A stretch of 58,764 bases of DNA from an uncultured Candidatus Saccharibacteria bacterium (GCA_964470995.1 CAYYEP010000006.1:1-58764), one strand, 5' to 3'. Shown: positions 45,231-54,775, counted from the first letter of the stretch. Program-made: numbers and translations. Notes: generated from the letters alone by a model not told the origin.

Positions 45231-45503
45231 GTGAGAATGAAAAAAGGGGAGTTGTTTTTGATAAGGCGGTACGATGATTACCTGGGCAACCCAGGCAGTA
45301 ATAAAGCGATCTTGGCTTTCAGAAACAAAACCAAGGCGCAAAATGTAATAAATAAGATCGGGACAGAGGCTAAAGGCAACCAAGCGTCGATCCAGACGAT
45401 ATCTTCTGAAGATCTGCGATTGGTGTGTGACTTATCCGGACGAAAGTCAATAATAGATCCCAAAAAAGAGGTATTAGAAAAGGCAGTATTTTGTTCTTTT
45501 TGA
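45231..45503 (+). CDS. Small hypothetical protein
   Basis: 90-aa ORF with no recognisable motifs. Confidence 0.35.
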   Translation: MRMKKGELFLIRRYDDYLGNPGSNKAILAFRNKTKAQNVINKIGTEAKGNQASIQTISSEDLRLVCDLSGRKSIIDPKKEVLEKAVFCSF

Positions 45504-45689
45504 CCAGATTAGGCATTTCGCGCAGGTGACGGGGATATCCAATATCCTTTTTTTATATAAAAAAATGACGGCGAGGACAAACCCTTGAAGAATGCGTCGA
45601 AAAGCCACCTTTGAAAAATGACTTTTTTTGTTTTGATTTTTTTGATAATGATGTTAAGCTAACCTGCAAGAATAAGGAGGATTGATTGG

Positions 45690-46223
45690 TTGGATTACGA
45701 GCTGAAGAGAAAAGCGAAGAAAACTTTATATCCACTCGCGATTGCCGCGATAGTAACCGCAACGCTTTGGATAGCGATAACGATCCCGAACGATATCGAC
45801 TTTGAGTCAAACCGAACCGACTGTTCTTTCGTGATTTGGGAAAATTATAATATCTCGGTTATGCCGGGTGCGGTAATCAGTGAACATTGGCGCATGCGGG
45901 AAGGCAGCAAGACGGGGATCGCGGTGGCCTGCCGTATGGATGATATCAAGGGCGGTTTAGTGGCTGAAAAGCACCTAGGACAAGACCAATATCCATTAGA
46001 ATATATTAAGAGCTGTATCTTGGTGGGCAAGAAAGCGGTTCCAGAGATTGTTGTTACCGATAATTCGAGCCTTTTTTGCGGCTACCCGGCATACGCGGGA
46101 TATGCCGACTTGGATGAAGGAAGGATATATTTCCGCGCTTTTAAGCCGGAGCCGTATGCTTTCGGTAGCGTCGAATCGACGAGCCCGGAATTCTTCGGTA
46201 TTGTACGTATAGACCCTGCTTGA
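45690..46223 (+). CDS. Membrane-anchored hypothetical protein
   Basis: An AAGGAGG SD lies 9 nt before a TTG start. One N-terminal TM helix (LYPLAIAAIVTATLWIAITI). Confidence 0.5.
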   Translation: MDYELKRKAKKTLYPLAIAAIVTATLWIAITIPNDIDFESNRTDCSFVIWENYNISVMPGAVISEHWRMREGSKTGIAVACRMDDIKGGLVAEKHLGQDQYPLEYIKSCILVGKKAVPEIVVTDNSSLFCGYPAYAGYADLDEGRIYFRAFKPEPYAFGSVESTSPEFFGIVRIDPA

Positions 46224-46409
46224 CCGCCGAAACGGCCACGCAGGTTTTTTTATTGAGCGAGGCAGTTAAAATATCGGGCAGTTTAACGAATTGCGGCGAT
46301 CGCAAACCTTTTTTTATTTTACCGGCAAATACCTCGAGGTTCATCGTCTAGGCTACGACCCCGCGGCGTGGGTTATTTGGCGGATTGGGGTTGAAGGGCA
46401 GGATAAAAA

Positions 46410-46450
46410 GTATATACTATGTATATACATGGTATATACTTTGTATATAC
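46410..46450 (+). promoter_or_regulatory. Array of four GTATATAC palindromes at exact 11-bp spacing
   Basis: GTATATAC occurs at 46410, 46421, 46432 and 46443, with 3-nt spacers. The array ends 40 nt upstream of the AbrB-type gene. Confidence 0.65.
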
Positions 46451-46489
46451 TAAACCTAGAGAGTGATTTTAATATCAAATACTAAAAAG

Positions 46490-46666
46490 ATGGCAAAAAT
46501 ACCGGAAAACAATATTCGCAAACTGTTGCGGCTGGGAAAAACCTCCCTGGCGGTAACCTTGCCCAAGGATATTTTGGATAGCCTTGGCTGGAAAGAAAAG
46601 CAAAAGGTTGTGGTTGAGCGGAAGGGCAAAACAATCGTAATAAGGGACTGGCCATCAAACAGATAG
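46490..46666 (+). CDS. AbrB/MazE/SpoVT-type DNA-binding protein
   Basis: 58 aa. RKLLRLGKTSLAVTLPKDILDSLGWKEKQKVVVERKGKTIVI is a swapped-hairpin barrel pattern. An alternative GTG start lies at 46463. Confidence 0.7.
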   Translation: MAKIPENNIRKLLRLGKTSLAVTLPKDILDSLGWKEKQKVVVERKGKTIVIRDWPSNR

Positions 46667-46681
46667 CCGGGGCGGTCAAAT

Positions 46682-47518
46682 ATGGAACCATTAATAGCAG
46701 TATTACTGATGTTTGGTTTGGGAATGGCAGCCGAGGCGTACCGCATTTTAATTTGGCGCCGGATGAAGAAAACCGATTATTTGGCGCTGACGGGTTTTTT
46801 GGCGCTGGCGGCAGTTTACTCGCCACTCCTTGCCGAAGGGAAGCTAACCGGCAGCTACATCTATGACGGTTTTGTGATTTTCTATTTCGTGTTTCCGGCA
46901 TTCTATCTAATGTACTTTAAAAAAATGATATTACCGGCAATCGACGAACGAGTATTATTGGTTTGGAACATTTTATTTATTTACGCGACGGCATCTTTTT
47001 TTGGAAAGTCGGGACTTTGGGCGGCCGCGATCGCGACATTTTTTGTCGGGGCAATCATTATTTTGCTGGTGAAAAACATACAATTGCCGCCAAAAATCAA
47101 ATCCATTTTTTACCTGTGGTATTTGTTTATCGTACTGACACTGGGAATAATGCAGCTTGGTTTCGGAGATCTTTTGACTGCCAATAATCCCGTTACGGCC
47201 TTTTTGGGAGGTATGGCTTCGCTTTATCTGTTTGTTTGCGTGATCCAGATCGTGCGAATGATACTGCCGTTTCCCAGTAAAAGACAAACACCGGAAGAAC
47301 GGATGGCCGAATGGCGCGATGACGCCAGACTCATGGCGGATAAATTTTGCGGCCAGCAGGTACCGCCGCGGCAGATGCTGGCAGTAGCGGTGCTGGCGGC
47401 CGCGCTGATCGCGGCAAACTCGTATTTTGGGCTAATGCGTCTCTCGACGCTTATCGCCGTGGTAATGGTTGCGACAGCATACGCGGTCGAGGCGTACGGA
47501 GAAAAAGCGGCGGCATAA
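46682..47518 (+). CDS. Polytopic membrane protein (unknown family)
   Basis: 278 aa with about eight hydrophobic helices. It starts 16 nt after the AbrB-type gene. Confidence 0.6.
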   Translation: MEPLIAVLLMFGLGMAAEAYRILIWRRMKKTDYLALTGFLALAAVYSPLLAEGKLTGSYIYDGFVIFYFVFPAFYLMYFKKMILPAIDERVLLVWNILFIYATASFFGKSGLWAAAIATFFVGAIIILLVKNIQLPPKIKSIFYLWYLFIVLTLGIMQLGFGDLLTANNPVTAFLGGMASLYLFVCVIQIVRMILPFPSKRQTPEERMAEWRDDARLMADKFCGQQVPPRQMLAVAVLAAALIAANSYFGLMRLSTLIAVVMVATAYAVEAYGEKAAA

Positions 47519-47662
47519 CACGCCGCGGCGGCGCGCATTTACATGGCATATTTATATAAATGCGTTGCCCCGATTTTATAAACGGGTGTTTTGGCTGGTT
47601 GCGCGGCTTGCGAAAGAAATACTTATAAAATAGAATAGTAGTGTGGAATTTTTTCAAGAAGA

Positions 47663-48730
47663 ATGAAACTTTTTAAAAAAATATTTGCGGTTCTCGGGGC
47701 GGCGGCAATACTATTTGCCGAAGCGCCGGAAACACGGGTGCGGGCGGCGGATTATGCTTCGGGCTACTATAATGACGACGTTTACGAACGCCTGCCGTCA
47801 AAGTTGCGCAAGAAGATTAATAAGCTTGATAATGATCCGGTAAAAAAATTGCCGATACCGGTGCTTTTCGGGGTGGATTTGGAAGATATCACGCCCAATT
47901 TTGGAGATCCGCGTTCAGGCGGGCGCACGCATGAGGGTCAGGATATTATGGCTATTAAAGGCACGCCGATTGTTTCGCCCACCGAAGCAGTGGTTCTGGA
48001 ATGCGGCGAGTGGGATGGTGCGGGATACTATGTATCGACAGTGAATCCCGGCGGGGAAAATTTCATTTACATGCATCTTAATGATCCCGGCGATCTTGAT
48101 CCCGGCGACTGGCTGGATGAAGGCGACCTGATCGGTTTTGCGGGAAACACCGGCAACGCCGCCAGTACTTTGCCGCATTTGCACTTGGAAATACGGCGGG
48201 GCGGAGAAGCAACCAACCCATACAAGAGATTGAAACGAGAATATAACTTGGAGGAAAAAATTGAATTTGCAAACAGGATACTTTCCGAAGCCAAGACCTC
48301 GAGCAAACTAGCGAATTTTATGGTGGAAAATTTTTCGGGCGAACTTTTGGCGGCGCAGGCGGAGGGAATTGATATTCCCAATACCATTTCAAAAAAAATC
48401 ACAAAAATAACGAAGCAAGGCGCGGAATTAGTAAATTCGGATCTGACAGTGGGTGCCTTGGGCGACGACGTTTTTGCGTTGCAAAACTACCTTATTACCC
48501 AAAATAAAGGGCCGGCGGCAACCAGTCTGGCGGCGCACGGAGCCACAGGGTATTTTGGGCCGCTGACACTGGCGGCGGTTAATGAATTCCGCCAATCAGA
48601 ACTCCCGGCCGCGGCAAGCAAAAAAATGTCGGTAGAGGAAATTAAAATACAGATCAGCCAAATCCAGGCGTTACTTATCCAACTGACGCAACAATTGGCG
48701 GAAATGCAAAAGACGCGGGGAGGTGCTTAA
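47663..48730 (+). CDS. M23 (LytM-type) metallopeptidase with a C-terminal PG_binding_1 domain
   Basis: HEGQDIMAIKGTPIVSP, GNTGNA and HLHLEIR. The C-terminus carries GDDVFALQNYL...GYFGPLTLAAVNEFR. Confidence 0.85.
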   Translation: MKLFKKIFAVLGAAAILFAEAPETRVRAADYASGYYNDDVYERLPSKLRKKINKLDNDPVKKLPIPVLFGVDLEDITPNFGDPRSGGRTHEGQDIMAIKGTPIVSPTEAVVLECGEWDGAGYYVSTVNPGGENFIYMHLNDPGDLDPGDWLDEGDLIGFAGNTGNAASTLPHLHLEIRRGGEATNPYKRLKREYNLEEKIEFANRILSEAKTSSKLANFMVENFSGELLAAQAEGIDIPNTISKKITKITKQGAELVNSDLTVGALGDDVFALQNYLITQNKGPAATSLAAHGATGYFGPLTLAAVNEFRQSELPAAASKKMSVEEIKIQISQIQALLIQLTQQLAEMQKTRGGA

Positions 48731-48816
48731 CGTACCATAAACAGAATAATTATTAAGTTAAAACCGTTTCGATATTTTTGTTGGGCGGTTTTTTTTATCT
48801 TTCACCATTGGTTGAC

Positions 48817-48969
48817 GTAAATAAATAAACTAGCCCGAGGCAGAGGCCCGAGGTATTTCTACCGCTCCGTTTACGCTGCGCGTTAGGAAAAGTCTGTTTA
48901 TAACCTCCGCTACGGACAGCCATTCCTCCCCGCAACAAAGCCGCCGGGTATTCTGGCAGATAAATAAAT
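48817..48969 (+). repeat. Dispersed intergenic repeat family, copy D
   Basis: GTAAATAAATAAACTAGCCCGAGG...CGCTCCGTTTACGCTGCGCGTTAGGAAAAG...GCTACGGACAGCCATTC...GCCGCCGGGTATTCTGGCAGATAAATAAA. Confidence 0.8.
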
Positions 48970-49046
48970 TTGACGCAAGGACCAATATGCGCTATTTAAT
49001 GTTCAATTAATGCGAAAATGATAAAAATTATTAACTAGCCAATAAT

Positions 49047-49217
49047 ATGGAAACGGCTACTCAACACAAAAATCGAAGAAAATCCGCAGTAAATATGGCG
49101 GCGGGAGCTGATAAGAATAAAAAAGCCAAGAAACAGGGGCTTGTTCCGGGCAAAAGCTTGGAGCAGATTCGGCAGGAGGCACTAGCGCAATTGCGCGAGA
49201 TGGGGCTTTTATTCTAA
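49047..49217 (+). CDS. Possible 56-aa basic protein, below the ORF-track cutoff
   Basis: METATQHKNRRKSAVNMAAGADKNKKAKKQGLVPGKSLEQIRQEALAQLREMGLLF. It is more protein-like than the listed antisense ORF at 49057-49242. No SD is present. Confidence 0.3.
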   Translation: METATQHKNRRKSAVNMAAGADKNKKAKKQGLVPGKSLEQIRQEALAQLREMGLLF

Positions 49218-49329
49218 GCGGACTTGCATTGAATAGCGGCAAGTTAGAGCCGCCGGAGTTTTATTGGAGCGGCGTTTCAATATAAATCTGCCATAAAAAA
49301 ATTTTTTGTAATAAATTTAAAACAATATT

Positions 49330-49662
49330 ATGAGCCTTATCGTCAACTGGATTATTATGACAGTGGCAGTGATCGTGGCGGCATATATTTTGCCGGGAGT
49401 TGCTTTGTCGGGGTTTGGAGCGGCGTTGCTGGCGGCATTGGTGCTTGGACTTTTGAACGCTTTAATCAAACCCTTGCTATTAATTTTGACATTACCGGTC
49501 AATATTTTAACGCTCGGGCTTTTCACGCTTGTAATCAACGCGGCGATAATTATGATGGTTTCGGCGCTCGTTCCCGGATTTAAGGTGCAGGGATTTTGGC
49601 AGGCAATGGTGTTTTCAATTGTACTTGCGGTTATTGTTTGGCTAATAAACCGGGCCAGTTAA
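49330..49662 (+). CDS. Phage-holin-4_2/DUF360-type small membrane protein
   Basis: 110 aa with four TM helices. It has the LNALIKPLLLILTLPVNILTLGLF pattern. Confidence 0.65.
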   Translation: MSLIVNWIIMTVAVIVAAYILPGVALSGFGAALLAALVLGLLNALIKPLLLILTLPVNILTLGLFTLVINAAIIMMVSALVPGFKVQGFWQAMVFSIVLAVIVWLINRAS

Positions 49663-49902
49663 GAAGAAGCAGATATTATATATAATACAGAGACATAAGA
49701 GGGCGCGGCAGACTATCGAAGATATATGCTTTAGCTATGGTCTGCCCGATAAAAAACGAAGCCTTTAATGATTCAGGCTTCTTTTTTTTGCTATATTCGG
49801 TTACATATTACGCATAAAAGCATTTGGAGGAGGCTGTTTGACAAAAGGAATGGATTTGGTGTTTGGAATGCCACCGAAATTATCCGGGATAAAGTCTACC
49901 GA

Positions 49903-50199
49903 ATGTTGGTAGTTTGTAATGCATTACAAGCATCGGCAGTTCTGCGGGTATATGCGAAAAGTAATGAGATTTTGGTTCACAACATTGATGGAATCCATTT
50001 ATCGCTGGCCGAGGCGCTAACGTGGCTTGACTTGGATAAGGGAAAGCTCATCATTATTGAGCTGATTTATAAGTTTTTTCGCCCGCCAATCGAATGCGTT
50101 CGATTGGTCGAGGAAATATTGATGCCTGAAGGCTATAACCCGACCATACTCACCAGCCCCCGGCGACTATGGAGTGGGAGTAGAGGGCATAACAAATAA
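49903..50199 (+). CDS. Hypothetical protein (start uncertain)
   Basis: The track ORF at 49768 begins inside a terminator hairpin. The first ATG is at 49903. An SD-proximal TTG at 49838 is one A short of being in frame. Confidence 0.35.
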   Translation: MLVVCNALQASAVLRVYAKSNEILVHNIDGIHLSLAEALTWLDLDKGKLIIIELIYKFFRPPIECVRLVEEILMPEGYNPTILTSPRRLWSGSRGHNK

Positions 50200-50236
50200 A
50201 TCGCCCTTGGTGCGGTTTTTTGGTACAATAAAGACA

Positions 50237-51955
50237 ATGAAATCATTTTTTAAAATAGCGGTTGCGGCGGCGGTGATTTGGGCGCCGGGCGTTTTGGCGC
50301 GCGACGCGGCGGCGCTTGACGATTGCTATGTGAAAAATCTTGATAGCGCTGTAGCGGTGCAGACCGACGGATCACTTTTAATTGAAGAAAATATATTGGC
50401 CGACTGCGGAAATCTGCCCAACAAGCACGGGATATTCCGCATTATTCCCGAGCAGGTAAAAACCGATAGCATCAGTTTTCCCGCGCCAGTTACGCTTATT
50501 TCGATTACGGACGGCAAGGGAAGTAAGCGGCCGTATACCGAAACACGGGATAACTTCGACCGCACGGTCAGCTACAAGATCGGCGATCCAGCCGCGGAGA
50601 TCAGCGGTGAAAATATTTATAAAATAACTTATACGGTTAAAAACGCAGTGCGCGCGGCAAAAGCGGAAACCAACGAGCTTTATTGGAATCTGCTGGGGAA
50701 TTATTGGGATATGGAAATTGATTGTTTTTCGGCCCGGATAACTTTTCCGGAGGGTATAAACAAAAATAACAGCGAAGTTTATTTGTACAGCGGCGCGCCC
50801 GGCGAAAAACAAAATATTCTCGCCGGATGGAGATGGATCAATGACAATACATTGGGTATAAATTCAATGTTTGCTCTCGGCGCGCGGCAGGGAATAACAT
50901 TGTCGGCGGTTTTCCCGGCCGGAATTGTCAGCGCATACCGGCCCGGGTTTTGGGATATTTACGGAGATTATTTGTGGTTAATACTACCATTGCTGGTTTT
51001 TGTATTTGCATTTACAGTCTGGTTAAAGCATGGACGCGATCCGGTAGTTAACAAAACCATTATCCCGGAATTTGAAATTCCGGGCGGATTAACGCCGATG
51101 CAAATGGCGCTGCTGGATACCAATGGCGTTTTTGAGGATAAGTTAATTGGCGCAAGCATTGTTGACATGGCGGTTAAAAATCATATAACAATTGAGGAAA
51201 TCAAAAAAACGTGGGCGCTCGGAAAGAACGATTACCTGCTGTCAAAAATCGAATCTCAAAGCACGAGTCCGAAATTGACCGAGCCCGAATCCGTACTACT
51301 GAATGAAATTTTTAAAACCGGTACAACGGTAAAAATTTCGGAACTGAAAGAGAGGTTTTATTTGTCGACCGCGGCGGTCAGGCGCGCCGCGGTTAACCGG
51401 CTCGCGGCCGACGGCTATATTGCTGACGATGGCTTGTCGTTTAAGAGGATTTTTTTGATTGTTGGAGTTTTATTTTTTGGGGCGTTAATGTTTTTTATGA
51501 TCTTTGGATTGGTTGCGATCCTGTCATTTGCATTGGCTGGAATAATTTTGATTGCGTTCGGGCTTATAATGCCGAAACGAACGCCAAAAGGGGCTGAACT
51601 TAACTGGCGGATACAGGGCTTCAAATTATATATGAAGACTGCCGAAAAATACCGCCAGCAATTTAACGAAAAGGAGAATATTTTTGAAAAATTCTTGCCC
51701 TACGCAATGGTTTTCGGGCTGGCCAAGCTTTGGATAACAAAGATGGAGGAGCTTTACGGCAAGGATTATTTTGCCACCTACCACCCGGCCTGGTATACGG
51801 GCACTGCGGTAACGGGTTTCAGTGCCGATCATTTCGTGTCGCAGATTAACAGCCTTTCGGCAAGCATCGCATCCAATACGGGTTCTGCTTCCGGGGCGCA
51901 CGGGAGCGGTTTTTCCGGCGGCGGAGGCGGAGGCGGCGGAGGCGGAAGCTGGTAG
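50237..51955 (+). CDS. DUF2207-family membrane protein with a poly-Gly C-terminus
   Basis: Signal peptide, a large extracytoplasmic N-terminal domain, TM helices, then FEKFLPYAMVFGLAKLW...YHPAWY and a tail of GSGFSGGGGGGGGGGSW. Confidence 0.8.
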   Translation: MKSFFKIAVAAAVIWAPGVLARDAAALDDCYVKNLDSAVAVQTDGSLLIEENILADCGNLPNKHGIFRIIPEQVKTDSISFPAPVTLISITDGKGSKRPYTETRDNFDRTVSYKIGDPAAEISGENIYKITYTVKNAVRAAKAETNELYWNLLGNYWDMEIDCFSARITFPEGINKNNSEVYLYSGAPGEKQNILAGWRWINDNTLGINSMFALGARQGITLSAVFPAGIVSAYRPGFWDIYGDYLWLILPLLVFVFAFTVWLKHGRDPVVNKTIIPEFEIPGGLTPMQMALLDTNGVFEDKLIGASIVDMAVKNHITIEEIKKTWALGKNDYLLSKIESQSTSPKLTEPESVLLNEIFKTGTTVKISELKERFYLSTAAVRRAAVNRLAADGYIADDGLSFKRIFLIVGVLFFGALMFFMIFGLVAILSFALAGIILIAFGLIMPKRTPKGAELNWRIQGFKLYMKTAEKYRQQFNEKENIFEKFLPYAMVFGLAKLWITKMEELYGKDYFATYHPAWYTGTAVTGFSADHFVSQINSLSASIASNTGSASGAHGSGFSGGGGGGGGGGSW

Positions 51956-52216
51956 ATTTTGCAGTGTGTGAAAAATTATCGCATAATATTATTACAATCG
52001 AATATTGCCCCAATGCGGGGAGGAATCGTTCGGTAGAACTTTATTGCCCGCGGCGGCCATAAATCGATATTGACTTGCGAGGGCAAGCCAATGGCAAGGC
52101 GATTCTTACAAGTCCGCACAAGAAAAGATAAATACCGTAAAGGTGATTTATTTTTTTAATGACTGGAATTTTTTATTCCTGCAGCTATAACCAAACACCC
52201 GTAAAACGGATAAAGA

Positions 52217-53158
52217 ATGAAAACAATAAAAACCTGCGAATTTGTGACCCCAAAGCATCCCGACAAGCTATGCGACCAGCTTGCCGACACTTTACTGGAC
52301 GAATTTTTGGCGCAGGACAAAACAAGCCGGGTGGCGTTAGAGCTTGTGGGCGGTCATAATCATATTGCGGTGAGCGGCGAGGTCACCAGTGCGGCTAGCG
52401 TGGATATACCGGTTACGATCGAAAAATTTTTGGGGCGAGGCTACGACATTTTAGTGCGAGTGAGCCAGCAAAGCCCGCAGATCGCGCAAGGAGTGGATAC
52501 CGGCGGCGCGGGAGACCAGGGAATAATGATCGGTTACGCGACGCGGGAGACCGAAAATTTTATGCCGCTTGAATATGAACTGGCGAGAAACCTTTGCAAA
52601 GAAATTTATGAAAAATTCCCTTACGACGGAAAAACCCAAGTAACAGTGGAAAACGGGCGCCCGACCGTGGTCGTGGCGAGCTTTCAGAACAGCAAAAAAA
52701 ACGAGCTTTTGGATTTGGTCAAAAGCCATATCGAAGCCGATGAATATCTAATGAACCCGGCGGGAGAGTGGGATATCGGAGGATTTGATGCCGACTCGGG
52801 ATTGTCGGGAAGAAAAATCGTGATTGACAATTACGGACCGGAAATTGGCGCGGGCGGGGGATCATTTTCGGGCAAGGACTTTACCAAGGTTGACCGATCC
52901 GGAGCTTATATTGCGCGGCGGATCGCGGTTGATTTATTGGTGCACAAGGGTGCGGAACGCGTGCGGGTAAAACTGGCCTATGCGATCGGTAAAAAAGATC
53001 CGGTAATGGCAGTGGCCGAGATAGACGGGGTAACGGAAAGAATAGCGGGCTACGATCTTTCACCGCGGGGAATCCATGAATTTCTGCAACTGGACAAGGT
53101 TAAATTCGCGGCCACCGCGGCATGGGGACATTTTGGCGGGGAGTTTTCGTGGAAATGA
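52217..53158 (+). CDS. metK: S-adenosylmethionine synthetase, unusually compact (313 aa)
   Basis: KHPDKLCDQ (equivalent to GHPDK), GAGDQGIMIGYA, GRKIVIDNYG and GGGSFSGKDFTKVDRSGAY. Confidence 0.8.
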   Translation: MKTIKTCEFVTPKHPDKLCDQLADTLLDEFLAQDKTSRVALELVGGHNHIAVSGEVTSAASVDIPVTIEKFLGRGYDILVRVSQQSPQIAQGVDTGGAGDQGIMIGYATRETENFMPLEYELARNLCKEIYEKFPYDGKTQVTVENGRPTVVVASFQNSKKNELLDLVKSHIEADEYLMNPAGEWDIGGFDADSGLSGRKIVIDNYGPEIGAGGGSFSGKDFTKVDRSGAYIARRIAVDLLVHKGAERVRVKLAYAIGKKDPVMAVAEIDGVTERIAGYDLSPRGIHEFLQLDKVKFAATAAWGHFGGEFSWK

Positions 53159-53225
53159 TTTTACGGCTTTAAATATTATCATAGAATCGTGGTAAAATAA
53201 AATAATTAAAATCATTACCGTTATT

Positions 53226-54719
53226 ATGAAAAAAAACGAAGCAGGAAATATTTTAATCGTTGCGGCGGTGATGGGAGCGTTCGCCGCGGGCGCGGTTTTT
53301 TTTGCGTATAATGTTTTTGGACCCAAAAATAATGAACGTAATTTTGTATTGCCCACTGAAAATGGCGCAATTTCGGAAAACGAAAACTCCGAAACTGAGA
53401 CGCCACCCCAAGATAATTTAGTTGACGAAAATGCGGCGACTCAAGAACCATCTATGGATCCGACAGTTAAATTGCCGGACAACAAAAAAGAACCGAAGGC
53501 GAGCGCGTCAGAATTTCCGGAAAGTCCGGAGGCGAACAATCCTTATGAATTTATTGACTATGCGGTTGGCGCAGACCCAACAGCAGCAACAGCGGCGTCG
53601 AATAAATTCGGGATGGATTTGTATGCCAAATACCGCGCCAAATCAGACAATATTTTCTTTGCGCCGTATAGCATTTTTTCGGCGCTGGGAATGACGTACG
53701 AAGGAGCAAAAGGAGCCACCGCCAGCGAGATAGCTACGGTGTTTAATTTTTCGACTGACAGCGAAACACGCGTGGGTTCATTCGCGAAACTTTACCGCCA
53801 GATAAATCCGCAAAACGCCAGCTACCAGCTTTCCACCGCCAACGCCCTATGGGTACAGAAAAGCTATCCATTCCGAGCCGATTATCTGAAAACTGTAGAG
53901 ACATATTACGGCGGCAAGGCGGCCAATGCGGACTTTGCGGGCGACGCCGAAGGTTCGCGCCAGATGATAAATAAGTGGGTGAGCTCCGAAACCAATGACA
54001 AAATCCCCGATCTTTTCGCCAAAGGAAGCCTGGATCAGTTTACGCGAATGGTGCTGACCAACGCGGTTTATTTTAAAGGAAAATGGGCGATCCCCTTTGA
54101 TAAAACGTTTACCCAGGAGAAAGAGTTTACCACCAGGGCGCAAACAAAAGTGAAGGCACAGATGATGAGCCAGACGAACTCTTTTTCGTATGGCGAAACG
54201 GACGACTACCAAGCGATCGAGATTCCGTATGAAAAAAACGACCTTTCGATGGTGATGATTTTACCCAAAGAGGACAAAAACGAGGCAGCTGAATCTACAA
54301 TTATTGAAAAAGGCATTGCCAAAATAAAGGAGACCATGTCGACCGAGAAAGTCAAAATTTCCCTGCCAAAATTAAAATTCGACACCTCATACAATATGAA
54401 TCAAACGCTGGAGGAAATGGGAATGTCAACCGCCTTCAATCCCGTTAAGTCGGATTTCACAGGATTGTATGACCGCGAGGCGGCTTTTGGGGATAATCTT
54501 TATATTGCGCTGGTGATACATAAGGCCTTTGTTGACGTAAGTGAAGAAGGTACCGAAGCGACGGCATCGACCGGGGTAGTAATATCCAAAGCTACGGGAG
54601 TCATGGAACCGGAAACACCAAAGGAGTTTAGCGCCAACCGGCCGTTTACATTTGCCATCGTCCACAACCAAACGGGAACGATTCTATTCATGGGAAAAGT
54701 AAACGATCCATCAAAATAA
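53226..54719 (+). CDS. Serpin with an N-terminal membrane anchor and an acidic linker
   Basis: NIFFAPYSIFSALGMTYEGAKG, NAVYFKGKWAIPF, a hinge EEGTEATASTG, and C-terminal FSANRPFTFAIVHNQTGTILFMGKVNDP. Confidence 0.85.
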   Translation: MKKNEAGNILIVAAVMGAFAAGAVFFAYNVFGPKNNERNFVLPTENGAISENENSETETPPQDNLVDENAATQEPSMDPTVKLPDNKKEPKASASEFPESPEANNPYEFIDYAVGADPTAATAASNKFGMDLYAKYRAKSDNIFFAPYSIFSALGMTYEGAKGATASEIATVFNFSTDSETRVGSFAKLYRQINPQNASYQLSTANALWVQKSYPFRADYLKTVETYYGGKAANADFAGDAEGSRQMINKWVSSETNDKIPDLFAKGSLDQFTRMVLTNAVYFKGKWAIPFDKTFTQEKEFTTRAQTKVKAQMMSQTNSFSYGETDDYQAIEIPYEKNDLSMVMILPKEDKNEAAESTIIEKGIAKIKETMSTEKVKISLPKLKFDTSYNMNQTLEEMGMSTAFNPVKSDFTGLYDREAAFGDNLYIALVIHKAFVDVSEEGTEATASTGVVISKATGVMEPETPKEFSANRPFTFAIVHNQTGTILFMGKVNDPSK

Positions 54720-54736
54720 GTTACGCCAACTCATTT

Positions 54737-54766
54737 AAAAACAACCGGGGCTGCCGGTTGTTTTTA
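54737..54766. terminator. Intrinsic terminator
   Basis: CAACCGG-GGCTG-CCGGTTG hairpin flanked by AAAAA and TTTTT. Confidence 0.75.
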
Positions 54767-54775
54767 GTTAACTTT

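Noticed and set aside
49768-49902. The 5' extension of the ORF at 49768-50199.
   Set aside because: The extension begins inside the GAAGCCT...AGGCTTC-T8 terminator of the upstream gene, so translation cannot plausibly start there.
51901-51955. The poly-Gly run at the end of the DUF2207 gene, as a possible frameshift or repeat artefact.
   Set aside because: It is in frame and the ORF ends normally (…GGGGGGGGGGSW*). Gly-rich tails are common in this family.
51960-52216. A SAM riboswitch upstream of metK.
   Set aside because: No SAM-I, SAM-II or SMK-like core strings were found by eye. Only a weak AT-rich bulged hairpin followed by T7 is present (52128-52157). It is not callable without a covariance-model scan.
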